DNA of 59,489 nucleotides from Phoronis australis (taxonomy: Eukaryota > Animalia > Phoronida): positions 153,892 to 213,380 of the forward strand of contig NMRA01000326.1 of NCBI GenBank assembly GCA_002633005.1, given 5' to 3'. Shown here in pieces: positions 1 through 54,600 of the stretch. Made by a program: the position numbers and the translations under genes. The notes below the pieces were generated by a model. It was not told where the DNA came from and did not search any database. It saw only the letters and a program-made list of their open reading frames with translations. Each line of letters opens with the position of its first letter. The first letter of the stretch is position 1.

Positions 1-210
1 AATAAAATGGCTGCCGAAGGCAGTGCACATTTGAAATAACTCGGCACAAATTAAAGAAAACTTCCGAATCGATGAATGCGGTATATCTGTGAGAGTTAAA
101 TCGAATCCTATTCAGATCATAACTTTGAAGTGGAATAATTCGGTGAGTACAACAGCAAGTCGGTTTTATGCTTAGGCGGACGAACATTGGGTTCCCCAGT
201 ATACAACAAG
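1..210 (+). other. NALCN: Putative non-coding first exon / 5' UTR of NALCN
   Basis: AAG|GTATGA donor at 210/211. The ATG-bearing exon has an upstream acceptor (tctttgtag| at 2203), so an upstream exon is expected. YY1-like AAAATGGCTGCC at the window start. Confidence 0.45.
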
Positions 211-654
211 GTATGACACTCTCGACAAGGAATTCCAGGGATGCAATGGTTTGTTAAAACCCTGTTTGTGTAAATTTATTGAGTTTTGTATTTAATATGG
301 ATGGCTGAAGTGAAGCACTCGTGGAATTCCTTGTCGAAAGTGTAATGCCTTGTGGCCCTTGTAGTATTGTAATAGTGTATTGAGGATGATCAGAAGCTGA
401 GGACGCCTGTCGTCCCACCCGGACCAACGGCAATGGCCCTAGGCAATTACATCGCTCTGAATGCCGCAGGCATTCAGGAGCGATAGAACATCCCCATGAA
501 AAGTTACTCATTTCAAAATACAGCAAATATAGTTGACTAAAACATGTATGTATGCACATGGAGTTATAATTAACAAGTACCATGACTCTAGGTACAATTT
601 AGTCAATATGGACATTCACCACCGTCCTACTGGCACATAGGACGGTGCAGCTCC

Positions 655-897
655 TATGTGCTTCAAGTTCATACGCTGGAAGCTTTTCGGCGAATCATGC
701 CTTGCAATGACAAAAACATCAAAGTCACATTGTTACAAATACCTTTTGCTCTCAAAGGGACACCTTAGGAGGCCGTTAATGTATGTAATTCCTTCCTCCC
801 ATTATCAAACTTTTTCTTCGAGCAGTCCCTCATTCAGTTCCCCAAATCGATAACTCACCATTTTTAACACTGCGTGCCAAGTGGTATGACGTCATAT
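655..897. mobile_element. Partial copy of the same foldback repeat family
   Basis: Direct similarity to 1137-1378 (ttcatacgctggaagcttttc...catcaaagtcacattgtta...ttcagttccc); a more decayed copy lies at ~1880-2090. Confidence 0.7.
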
Positions 898-1081
898 CTT
901 CTGGCGCGCGCAGGATTTTGCCTGTCAGATATTCGCACCCCGGAACTGCCTAATAGAATCTGGGAGAATTTTAGGGGGGAGCATGACCCCTTGGCCCCCC
1001 CTCTAAATCAGCCACTGAATTCTGAAAATTAATCAGATCTAGTGTGATGTCCGATGCTTAACAAAAATCTTTGTGTACCCC

Positions 1082-1648
1082 AGACAGTGACCACCATCTC
1101 TAGGTGGCCCAGGTAGAGACAGTGTAGCTGCTATAGGTGCTTCATACGCTGGAAGCTTTTCAGCGAATTATGCATTACACTGACTAAAACATCAAAGTCA
1201 CATTGTTATGAATACCTTTTGAGGGACACCTTAGGACACCGTCGATGGCCTTAATTCCTTCCAACTAGAACAAATACTCCTGTTATCAAAGGTTTTCTTT
1301 GAGCGGTCCCTTGTTCAGTTCCCAAAATTGGTAACTTGCCATTTTTACACTCCAAAGACCAGAGGATGTGACGTCATACTACCTGCCGTGTGCAGTATTA
1401 AAAATGGACTGTTTCTGATTTTGGGAACTGAATGAAGGACTGCTCGAAGCAAAAATTTGATAATGGGAGTATTTGTTTGAGTTGGAAGGAATTAAAGACA
1501 TCGACGGCCTCCTTAGGTGTCCCTCTATGCGCAAAAGGTACTTATAACAAGATGACTTTGATTTTTAATCGGTGTCAGGCATAATTCTCTGAAAGGCTTC
1601 CAGTGTATGAAGCTCCCACTGGTCAGCTAGAGATGGTGGTAACTGTCT
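1082..1648. mobile_element. Foldback-type MITE (long inverted arms)
   Basis: agacagtgaccaccatctctag at the left and ctagagatggtggtaactgtct at the right; 1138-1330 is the reverse complement of ~1420-1613. Confidence 0.8.
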
Positions 1649-2266
1649 ATGTGTCACTCCATGGTGACAAAGCACTAAAATAGTGTAAAATCAATGAAGA
1701 AGTTTGTCATGTGCAGTCAAAATTTTTCTTGTGAATATCTTCTTAAACTTGATTAACTTCTGTAACATTCTGTCAGTTTTAGTTTGCTTTTGTTCACACT
1801 ATGTGTCCACCATAATTGTACACTGAAGAGCAGAGTGCTTGATCATTAAAGCTGTTTCAGACGGTGACCATGCCATAGGCCCCCTATACACCGGAAACTT
1901 TTCTGCAAATTCCATCTTACTCTGGCTAAACTGTCAAAATGTTACCATTCCAGTGTAGAGGGACACCTTTGTGTGCCATCAATTTCTTTAGATCCTTCCA
2001 ACTCAAACAAATACTTTGACAATCAAGATTTGTTTCTGCTGTATTGTTTCATTTATCAAAAAATTGTTGAATTTGCCATTTTTCTGCACGGGTGGCATAT
2101 GATAGTAGAGATCCTGGTTGACAGATACAGTCTGATGTTTTAAGTAATGACCATATGGCTCAGTGATATTGTTATAGGCTGACTCTATTCCATGTCTTTG
2201 TAGGTCTGAAGCCAGTGTGGGAGAGTTGAGGAACTAGTCTGAACTGTTTTTTGTTTGTGCATCAAA

Positions 2267-44596
<42,330 letters not shown>

Positions 44597-44604
<8 letters not shown>

Positions 44605-45130
44605 GCCACCTGGTGGGATGGGGTGACTACTGCTATATCATAGGATGGCTGGTGTGATGGGGGGACTACTACTATATCATAGGGTGCCTGGTGTGATGGG
44701 GGCTACTACTACATCGTAGGGCGCCTGGTGTGATGGGGGGACTACTACTATATCATAAGGCGCCTGGTGTGATGGGGGGACTACTACATCGTAGGGCACC
44801 TGGTGTGATGGGGGCCACTACTACTGCATCATAGGGCGCCTGGTGTAATGGAGGGACTACTACATCGTAGGGTGCCTGGTGTGTTGGGGGCTACTACTGT
44901 ATCATAGGGCACCTGGTGTGACTGGGGATTTACTACTTCGTCATAGGGTCTCTGGTGTGATGGGAGACTACTACATCATAGGGCTCCTGGTGTGATGGGG
45001 GATTAACTACTTCGTCATAAGGCGCCTTGTGTGATGGGAGGACTACTACTACATGTATGTCATAGGGCTCCTGGTGTTGTGGGGGTACTATTACATGGAA
45101 GGGCACCTGGTGTGATGAGGTATTACTATG
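44597..45130. repeat. ~40-bp minisatellite starting at the NALCN stop codon (3' UTR)
   Basis: catc(g/a)tagggcgcctggtgtgatgggggactacta units. Confidence 0.92.
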
Positions 45131-47133
45131 TCACTGGACGTATGGCAGGATGGAGATACTACTGAGGCTGTTAGAATTCAAGTTTGAACCAACCAGCTGC
45201 CGTGGCCTAATGTTGAAGACCAACAGTCAGTGAATCTGTGCCCACAGCTTGATGTAAACATTAACAGTGATTTAGTTACACTACCAGTAGTGTAGTGCCT
45301 ATGTCGGGCTGGTGGAAGTTTTTGTCTTCTTCCTCCACGTGGACATGGGAAGTTAGAGATGTAGGCATTGAACTTTGTGACACCTTATTTGCTCTGGTAC
45401 AGTTCTCCTGTCAGAATGTAGTCACAACTGACTCATTTAGTACTGTGCTGCCATCTGTTAATGATTGTAATGTACAGTATGCTGTTCATGTCTCTTGTTG
45501 TTAGGAATGACTTTATTAGTATTGTGGTGCCATCTGTTAACATTAATGTGAAGTATTCTGGGAATGTCTGTCTTGTTATCAATATATCTAGTTTTACATT
45601 TGTTAAGGCCACGTAAAAAAGTGCAATTTAGTGTTTTGTGATAACTCTATAATGTGCATTCAACTTAGTTGTTAAAATGAATCTTGTCTGTACCTTGTAA
45701 TCAGGTGGCTGAACAACTGCATAACAAATATCAACAGTTGGTTGGGTACTGTAAAAGGGACATTACCTTTTTGAAGTCGTTTTGGTTGATGTGGTGTATT
45801 TTACTATAAAAGTTATTTTGAAGCATTGTAGCCAATTTTCATAAATGAGAGTAATTCCTCAGACTGGTACTCATTGAACAAATTTCTAACATTAGTATGA
45901 ACTAGTCTGAATAAGTTGTGTTCTCTCGTTTTGAATCTGATGACCGTATTCAATAGGCAAGATGGGCCCCAATGTGAAGTCTCAGTGGTGTTATGTAAAA
46001 ATTTGCCTTTTGACCTGAGAATGGAAACAGAAACAATTAATAAATGAATACAACAGTGACTCATACTTTCCGTTGGAAGAACTGTTTTTCTGTTTTGGTT
46101 TATAGAAAATTAATCTGAAATATTTATAATACATTTCCGAGTGATGTGCCAATTTAACCAAAAATCATGCAAAAGGCAACATACCCTGTTAAATAGCTGT
46201 CTTTAGCATATGTTTATAGCTGATTGGTTATTTAGACATTGTCTGGCAATCTGGACTGGAATTAGGTCAGTGTTGCTGTCTACACTACAGTAAACTGGTC
46301 TAGTGCTGCCCTCTTGACACCTGTTAACAACAGTTTATTCTGGGCTGTTATGAAATGCCTTTGGCCCAGATGCTCAGATGCCTAATTCTAAACATGATTC
46401 AAAAAAGTTATTTATACATCTGGTCACCTTTGGAGAATAGGTTCGTCATTGGTCTCCAGAGGCATTGTACGACCAGGTCGAAAGGTCTGACAACAACCAA
46501 CCACGTCTCTAAGTAAGTGAACATTTTATATACCATCTGGTCACCTGTCCTCCTGTTAATATCATTATGAATGGATGTGTAAACGTAATTAGTACCTTGT
46601 GTTATTTTGTATGGAATGTGAGTGGCTGTTGTCTCTAGCCTGTCTCAGTTATGATATGTGTTTGACGCAGGTTAGTCACTTGAAAAGATTGTCTAATTCT
46701 TGGTAAATGGTCTGTCTCCATACATTTGGTTGAGCCCTCATAGTATTGACAATAGAAGTGTACTTATTTATTAATATTAATTTATTGATACGCGAGATAT
46801 TTCTTTATTATTTTTAAGACTTTTTGAGCAATGCATAAAATCACTAGCTAACACCTATTAATTTAATTGAACTCTTGACCACTTGTTAGGAAGCAATGAT
46901 ATGCACTGTCTGATCATTATCTAGACGTTGGGTATTGATAAATGTAATTGATGATTTGCTGTGTAGTGGAGGTCTTCGTCCATGATATTGATGGAATATC
47001 AACGTCTCATTGAAGGCTGAGAAATATATTTCTGGGTGCTCACAACTGTGACTTTTTGGTCATTCACTTATTTTATTGCCTGCTGTTTTTAATATGACAG
47101 GGTTGTGTCTGCAAAAGGCGTACCTCAGTTATA

Positions 47134-47139
47134 AATAAA
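47134..47139 (+). terminator. Candidate polyadenylation signal of NALCN (~2.5 kb 3' UTR)
   Basis: AATAAA followed by a T/GT-rich downstream tract at 47158-47182. Confidence 0.5.
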
Positions 47140-47699
47140 GTGTCGTTCATATACCTCGTTTTTATTTTTTAATTGTGTTTGGAGTTTCTGGCAATTTAAC
47201 TGGCGTCCCGTCCAAGAAATAGACATAGTCCACTTACTGTTATCAATTTTTTTTTTCGTCTGCTCCTTGCTTCTTACTCAGAGCGAAAAGTGATTTCTGT
47301 GTTTTCAGTTTGTTATTCGTTGACACCATGCTCTGCGCATAAAGTGTCATGGCGTGACAAGTCAACTGCTGGAGCAGACGGGCTCTAGCAATTATATAAC
47401 GAATTGTCAGTTCTATCGAAGCCCGGAATATCTCCAGTTTAACTAAAACCAGCAATTTGAGACCAATTTCATAATAATAACTGGTGTAAATCGTATGATT
47501 TTTTGTGGTGAAAGCGGGGTTTTAGCCGCTTTTACGTCGTCATTAACTTTTTAAAACGTTCATCGCGGTGTTTATCATGACTACCTCTTGATTAGCTGTC
47601 AAATCATACCGCGCGTGAACACGAAGTAACAGTGAGCAGTTGACGAGCAAGTAACATCTGTACAAACGGACCACTTACTAGTCGGTACCAGTACATCTA

Positions 47700-47847
47700 G
47701 GCCCAGTTGCATAAAAGTTATACGCTGCATAGCAACAATGATGTCGCATTATTACGCGCCACTTTGTTATTGAACAATGCACCTGACGTCATGCAACATT
47801 AAAAACATATCCAGCGGATAATTTTGAAGTTTTATGCAACCCAGCCC
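47700..47847. mobile_element. Short degenerate MITE
   Basis: ggcccagttgcataaaa ... ttttatgcaacccagccc. Confidence 0.5.
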
Positions 47848-48087
47848 TGGTCAACAAAATGACAAGTTTTTATGTGCGGATATGAGTGCATGCGTCGTGT
47901 GAATGTTTTAAAATTAAGGGAAATGTTTTAAACGTGGATAAGTAAACCAACTCTAAGAGCTCTGAAGACTACTAGCGCCGTAGTTACTAAAAAAATGTTT
48001 GTTAAACGTCTTACGTGTAGGTCAGTTGTGAAGTCGTTCCTCTAAGCTGTTTTCATATTCTGGTGCGATCATTTCTGTGATAGTTAA

Positions 48088-49200
48088 CTACCTCCAGTTT
48101 TGCAGGGGAGGGAAGGAGGGAGGAGCCTTTATTATAAATAAATCAATGTGTGGAAGTACAAAGGATTTGAACAAATCTTCTAAATGTGTAGAATTCAGAT
48201 GACGAGAGACAAGCTTAAGTGGGTTAATTAGTTCTTGAGTTTTTTGTACGAGCTCCCGAACGTGAGGGGTGAATGAGAGTTTTTCATCTAACAGTATACC
48301 CAGATGTCTGTGCGACTGTTTTCTTGGAATGATTTCATCATTAAGTTTAAGGTTATAAGACGGGTCAACAAGGAAGAGAGCATTAATAGATTTGGAGAAG
48401 GTGAGGTCAACGCTTTTTTCTGGTTTAAAATTCATTCTCCATTCTTGTGACCAGTAGCTTAGTTTATTTAAGTCGTGTTGAAGCTGCAAAGAACATTCAG
48501 GGCTGCTCCCTGCGAAGGGGTAAAAAGTGCCGTGTTGTCTGCATAAAGGTATGTGCTACATGACAGGTTATCAGGAAGGTCATTAATATAAACCAAGAAG
48601 AGAAGAGGGCCCCAATACGCTACCCCGGCTGTGGTACAGCTGCGTTTACAAATCCAGGAGGGGATAAAGTTGAAAGTACGCCGTCGACATGAACACTGTA
48701 TGTTCTTTCGGAGAGATATGAGGTGATCATGTTTAAAAGATTACCAGTAATGCCATAGGATCGAAGTTTGTGAAGTAGAAGGTCGTGAGGGACACAGTCG
48801 AAAGCAGAAGCTATATCTAGAAAAATGGACCTGACACTCTCGCCCTTCTCAAAAAGAATCTCATGTACTATTTCAACAAGTTGTGCCACGGTGCTGTTCC
48901 CACGCAAAAAAAACAAAATTGACGATGATAGATTAAGTTGTTTTGTTTGAGAAATGTAAGAATACTTTGAGCAATGATCTTCTCGAAGATTTTGGACAGG
49001 GTGTTAAGTAAAGTTATTGGGCGATAATTTTGAAATTTCATTTTTGGAGACTTTTTGTGTATAGGGACCATAATTCCATGTTTCCAAGAAGATGGATAAA
49101 TGCCTAGCTGAAGTAGTTTGTTAATCAGATTGGTCAGGGGAATGGTAATTTCGTTGGCAATCATTTTGATCATCTTGCTGGTTATTAAAGCTGTGCCATC
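48088..49200 (-). mobile_element. Degraded non-LTR retrotransposon (CR1/L2-like) reverse transcriptase
   Basis: Frameshifted ORFs with NYRPITLLNTLSKIFEK, IFLDIASAFDCVPH, GPLLFLVYINDL, YADN (catalytic YADD mutated), HRHLGILLDEKLSF. Confidence 0.92.
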
Positions 49201-49317
49201 ATTCTTATTGGGGTAAATTTCATTGAGATACTTCCGGATATCAGTTTGATTAGCCGGGATGTCAGACAGTTGATTGAGACAACGTTCACGAAGAAAGGGA
49301 AACTTCCTTACTTACGT

Positions 49318-49690
49318 ACCCCATATCTCAGCACCATATAACAATATAGGAACTACCATACTATATCACACAATTTAAAACATACATGTGGGGATCTACA
49401 CTTCACTTTGGTTAAACATGCTTTTAACATGTTCATTGCTTTTCTAGCTTGTAAAGCTGATACTCTACAATTTTCATTTCATTTTAATCTGCAAGAAAAT
49501 GTCACACCAAGATACTTGTAATAAGATTTAGTTTCTACCGATTTCTTATTGTAGAACCACCGTTCTTGTGCCGACAGAGTCCCACCTCGCTTGAAGACAA
49601 CAATATTTGTCTTATAAAGTTTAACACACAGACTCCAATCCACACAGTAATTATGCAATACATTTAATTTTCTCTGAAATCCAGGCACTG
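49318..49690 (-). mobile_element. Second LINE fragment (RT thumb region)
   Basis: GFQRKLNVLHNYCVDWSL...KTNIVVF...YKYLGVTFS and MVVPILLYGAEIWG. Confidence 0.8.
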
Positions 49691-50429
49691 TGACACGTCA
49701 ACTTGTAGACTCTGTTCTCAAGGAACAGTTAGTTCGAATTACATTGTGCACATTGACACCTATTACGTAACGACAGCTTGTCTAATTAAAATGAAGACTG
49801 ACGGATTTGTTTTTGATTTTAATTTTAGTTTGATGAAAATAAAATCAACCATGTGATTTCTGTATATTGCATGTAAGAACATGCCGTGTGTGCGATCCTT
49901 AAATCGATAAACTGAATTCTTTCAGAAAGTTCAGTCTACAAAAGGTCAATATTTATCGTTCTGGTTCTCGAGGAATCTAATTAATGCTCGTTAACTCAAT
50001 TCTTGCTCGTTAACTCAATTCTTTTCATGCCCCCGTGACAAAAGTTGTAGCTATATACTAACATGTTAATTATTGAAAAGGTAAACAAATAACGTTTGGA
50101 CCAGGCTCTTGTGAGACGTTTTAACTACAACTCAATTGTTAACGTTTTGTTTGACACTGGATGCTCATTGAAAGGACGTTGTACACGCACAGGTGGGTAT
50201 TAGGGTTATACCGACTTCACTGAAGTAGAATTTTCATTTCATAAGAAGGCAGATAGGACGTGTGGCCAGGCGACAGTCAGTCCCATTAACAGATGATTCT
50301 AACCAACCTTCTTACGAGCAATTAACATTTTGGCGCCTCTTAAGGTAGGCCTAAGACGATAGTTCAGACATTTACGAACAGTACTGACTTTTGAATTTTT
50401 AGACGGCGGCTCAGACGCACCTGTTTAGT

Positions 50430-50582
50430 TATGCAACTGTGTGGCTATGCACTTGTGTGGATATACACGTATGTGGCTACACGTCTTTGTAGCTACACTC
50501 GTGGCGATGCACCTATGTGTCTATGCAGTGGCTATGCACCTACGTTGCTATGCACCAGCGTGGCTATGCACCTATGTGCCTA
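50430..50582. repeat. ~20-bp degenerate minisatellite
   Basis: gtggctatgcacctatgt units. Confidence 0.75.
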
Positions 50583-51165
50583 TAACATCTATGGGGAACA
50601 CTTTTGCTTACTAACGAAACTGGGAACACTTAACATTGCGTACATAAGGCTTCCAAACAATGTGTATAAAACTAGCTAAACAAGTTGTTTGTTCAATCAA
50701 TTGTAATTGCAATAAAAGCTGCTTCAGTTGATTTTATTTCAGTAACATGTGATAAGCTAGGGCATTTGTTTCTGCCTTGGTCATTTCTCATATAAACGTA
50801 TTTTCTTATTATCATGTCTGCAAACAAGCGCTGTGTGTGTTCAAATACATAGCCCGGTTTGTTTTGACGTTTTTGTTGTTTTTTGTGTTTCACGCTTGCA
50901 TTCCACAAGCTTTTAACGGTTGTCAAATAGTGAAGCCGAGCTCTTTTTATACCATGTTTGCGCAATGGACAGTTTAAACTAAACTTGTCTTTGCTTTGAA
51001 TACAGCATAGTAGTGGGAAACCGGCGCTGGCGTCCAACTTCATTCATTCCCACGCAAGCTCCAGCCAACGAGGTGCAAGGTGTCTCCACCAACAAGTAGT
51101 GGATCACTAGCTTGGATATAACAGTTCGCTTTTCGGTCTGTATCGTCATTTTATTTGAGTAGCAA

Positions 51166-51411
51166 CATGCGCGCACCCAGGGGGGCTCGAAGAGCTCCAA
51201 TGAGCCCCCATGTTTAGCGAAGTGGGCAAAGAGGTTCGCCTCTGAGAAACAAAAAGTCCGAGAAAATGAGACAAAAGTCCACTAAGCAAGCACAAACGCG
51301 CAATTCACAGTGGTGCCCCCGTTTTTTTAGTCCGCCCGCTTTTTTGTTACCAAAAGGTCCACAACGTCAGGAATTCGAGCACCCCCATAATGAAGGCTGG
51401 GTGCGCGCATG
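51166..51411. mobile_element. MITE immediately upstream of the DEG/ENaC start codon
   Basis: Perfect 15-bp TIR CATGCGCGCACCCAG / CTGGGTGCGCGCATG; flanks agcaa / agcca. Confidence 0.8.
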
Positions 51412-51457
51412 AGCCATAAAAACATAACTATCTTTCCAGGGTAGTAAAAAGAAAACA

Positions 51458-51690
51458 ATGTCGGGGAGGCGCAGTGCGTGGAATGATTATCATTCTGAGT
51501 CAGTGTGGGACGAACAAAGAGCAGGGACGCAGAACGGAGATAAACATGGGGAAGATGACTGTAAGGACGAGGATGACCAGCCGAGGTCATCCTGGCAAAT
51601 TATTAAGGACTGCGGCAACGATTATCTTGATGTGTCTTCCATGCACGGACTGGCATTTTTTGTTGGATCAAGGTATCATCCATTACGACG
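51458..51690 (+). CDS. DEG/ENaC exon 1
   Basis: MSGRRSAW...YLDVSSMHGLAFFVGSRYHPLR; |gtaagc. Confidence 0.88.
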
Positions 51691-54600
51691 GTAAGCCTAT
51701 CTTAGCACGTTCTACATCTTCACCTCCTTGCCTATGTCAAACTTTCTGCATCAGCTCTTGCCTCCCTCTCTCAACCCTTCGTCCGCCCATGCCTGTCTCC
51801 CTCCCTCTTTGCCTGGCGTCCTTCCGTCCCACAGCAAGCCTGCGTCCGCCACCCTCACCCTCTCATTGCCACTAACGCATCATGTGTTTCAACATTCAAA
51901 ACGAAAAACTTTGAAAGAATGATTTACAGACAACATAAACAGAGAACAGATAACATTTGCAAACATACCAATTTCTGTGTTTCTTTTATAACCAGTTTCA
52001 AATTAACTAGACTATGACACATCATTTTACAGGCTTCTCTGGTTCGCACTGTTCACCGCAAGTTTTACATGGTTGATGATAATCGTGACCACAGCTTTCG
52101 ATAATTTGCAAAGGAAACCAGTTCTTACAAAAGTGAAAGTAAAATATGAAGACAACGCAAGATTTCCAACGGTAACAATCTGCAATCTCAACAAGTACCG
52201 CAAGAGTTATGTCGAAAAACACCACCCACACTCAGAAAAGCTCTTGAGATACATTTACCCTGTTCTCCGAGAAGATGAGCATATCCACCTAGACTGGAGT
52301 GACCCAAAATACGCATGGAGTTTAAACAGGTCCAGTTTCAAAGAATTCGCTCTTAAGGCGGCGCCGCAGATGATGGATAATATTAAAATTGTTGATTTTG
52401 GAGCACACTGGTTAACTATTTCCAACGAGTTCTCTACCATTGAGACAGATTTTGGGATGTGCTTTCAATTCAATCCCAATGGTACTTGGTACTCACAACT
52501 GAGTGGAGAAATGCACGGATTAGCAATAGTTTTGGACGTCCAACAGGATGACTACTATTTCGGCGACTCATTCTCAACTGGATTCAAAGTAAGTTTTTGA
52601 AATTCACTCGCATAAGAATAAAATGTGTCTGACAAAAGCCACCTGCAAATATTTGTGAATTAAAGGACTATAGCAGTGTTAAAGCGAAACCCATTTTTAC
52701 TAGCTAATTGAATGCAGTCTCTGAACCAAATTTTTAATTTCAACACTAACACGATAACTTTCCGTATTCGTTTTCCCATTCAGTGTGTGACGTTGTGCTG
52801 CTGTTTGTGAAATTGGAATACTGCTTACTCTCAAGATCGCGTACAGTGAACTTGGAATACGCAAGAAAATTTGACAAATTCACTCAAATAATCACGTTCA
52901 CGTAAATACAAATTTGCACTGCACTAAATCAAATTACATGTTAATACATCAACGTAAATTTTAACCAATTCTTTTCAACTATTGGCGATCTTATTCACCA
53001 AACAATAATTGATTTAACCAGTCACATATTCCTCCGATACTTTGGCACAGGACGCTAAATGAGAAAATGTTTGATCATGAGGCCGATAATTACCGTGACA
53101 AAAATTCATTACTCTGAACAATTCACTCGATTGCTAAATGAATATTTAATTCCAAGTTCACGCATACGCGATCTTGAGATTAAGTAGGATTCCAGGTTCA
53201 CGCACAGCAGTGCCGGCTAGTTATCTGAAATCTTAGGCTCCATGAGGCTTGCAGTGATCGTTGTCGTTTGTGTGCTCCAGATCGCACTTCACAGGCACGA
53301 CGAAGTACCCTTCCCGAACCAGTTCAGCTTTGGTGTCAGCCCTGGCCAAGAGCTTCTAGTCGGGATGACAATGACAGAGGTAAAAACAGGAATCGAAAAA
53401 ACGTTACTGTTTGGACTCTGTGTATCTGTCCGTCCTTCTATCATCAAGAAATTATCTGATATCGATGCCAAAATTACGAATACAACCTCAAGTATTCGAG
53501 GTTGTCTATAATTGGCGTTGTATGAATAAACTCTCTTAAATGAAAGTAGTGAAGAAGTACATAATGTGACTAATTCAACGTTAAACAAATTAATTACAAC
53601 GTCGGTACCTCTCTTAACAACACACTGACTCCACATCACTATCTCTGCAGCAAAAGCAATCAAATTCATTGGGATTTATCAAATGTTTTTGTTACACGTA
53701 CGTGTGTCATTTGTATCAAAAATAACTAAAATAGTCAGACTACTAGAATATTTACATGCCTGTTTAAAAACCTCTATCAAGTAATTCCGTTATTTGAGTG
53801 AGAAAGAGCTAGGCATGTGGAGATCCTAATACTCTGACTGTCTTAGTTACTCATTACACAAATCTCATTCATTTGTCAATTCTAAAGGTGTTCGTGATAA
53901 AAGCCGATGAATTATAGAAGATTTTTTTTGTTGAAACATTATCAAGGACCTAGCATGAAGCAGCTAAATTGTACACTGATAGAATTTTTTACTTTTTGAA
54001 ATGTTTGAAAAATAAGTTATTGACTCAAATATGGTCTTTGTAAAGTCTACTTCGATGTTTACAACGTCATTGAATAAATTGTTTTGTGAGCACCCTGATT
54101 CTATTAGTTTAATGGTTACAAACTTAAAAAAGATGTTGAGTTTTCATTCATTTACCTATTTATATGCCAATTTTTTTTAAAAGTTCCGACATCATAATGA
54201 ATTCATTAAAGTCCATTTAGCGGCATTACGGATCGCTGAAGACTTTATTTTCATTATGGTTTCTCTGAAGCAAAATCAAATGTTAGAAAATGGCAAATGG
54301 CTGCACTGCAACATGCTGCAGTGGTCATAGACTGTGAACATTTTTGTCAATACAGAGTATTTATGTAGACTGCGTCATTTTTGTCGTGTCTATACGAGAG
54401 TCTGGGTACGCCAGGGTTTAACCTCATAAAGAACTATGAATAATTACAATAATGGAAAGTGATGGATTTTTTTAAATGTCTGTATTCTTCATAACAGGTT
54501 AAATCTCTACCAGCACCTTACGAAGACGGAACTTGCGTAGACACGGAAGCTGGGGATTTTATCAACCCTTTGAAATATTTCAAAACTTACAAATACAACT

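Noticed and set aside
254-583. 109-aa minus-strand ORF as a divergent upstream gene
   Set aside because: No recognisable motifs or supporting exon structure.
48088-49200. Functional reverse transcriptase or domesticated RT gene
   Set aside because: Multiple frameshifts and stops, truncation at both ends, and YADD changed to YADN.
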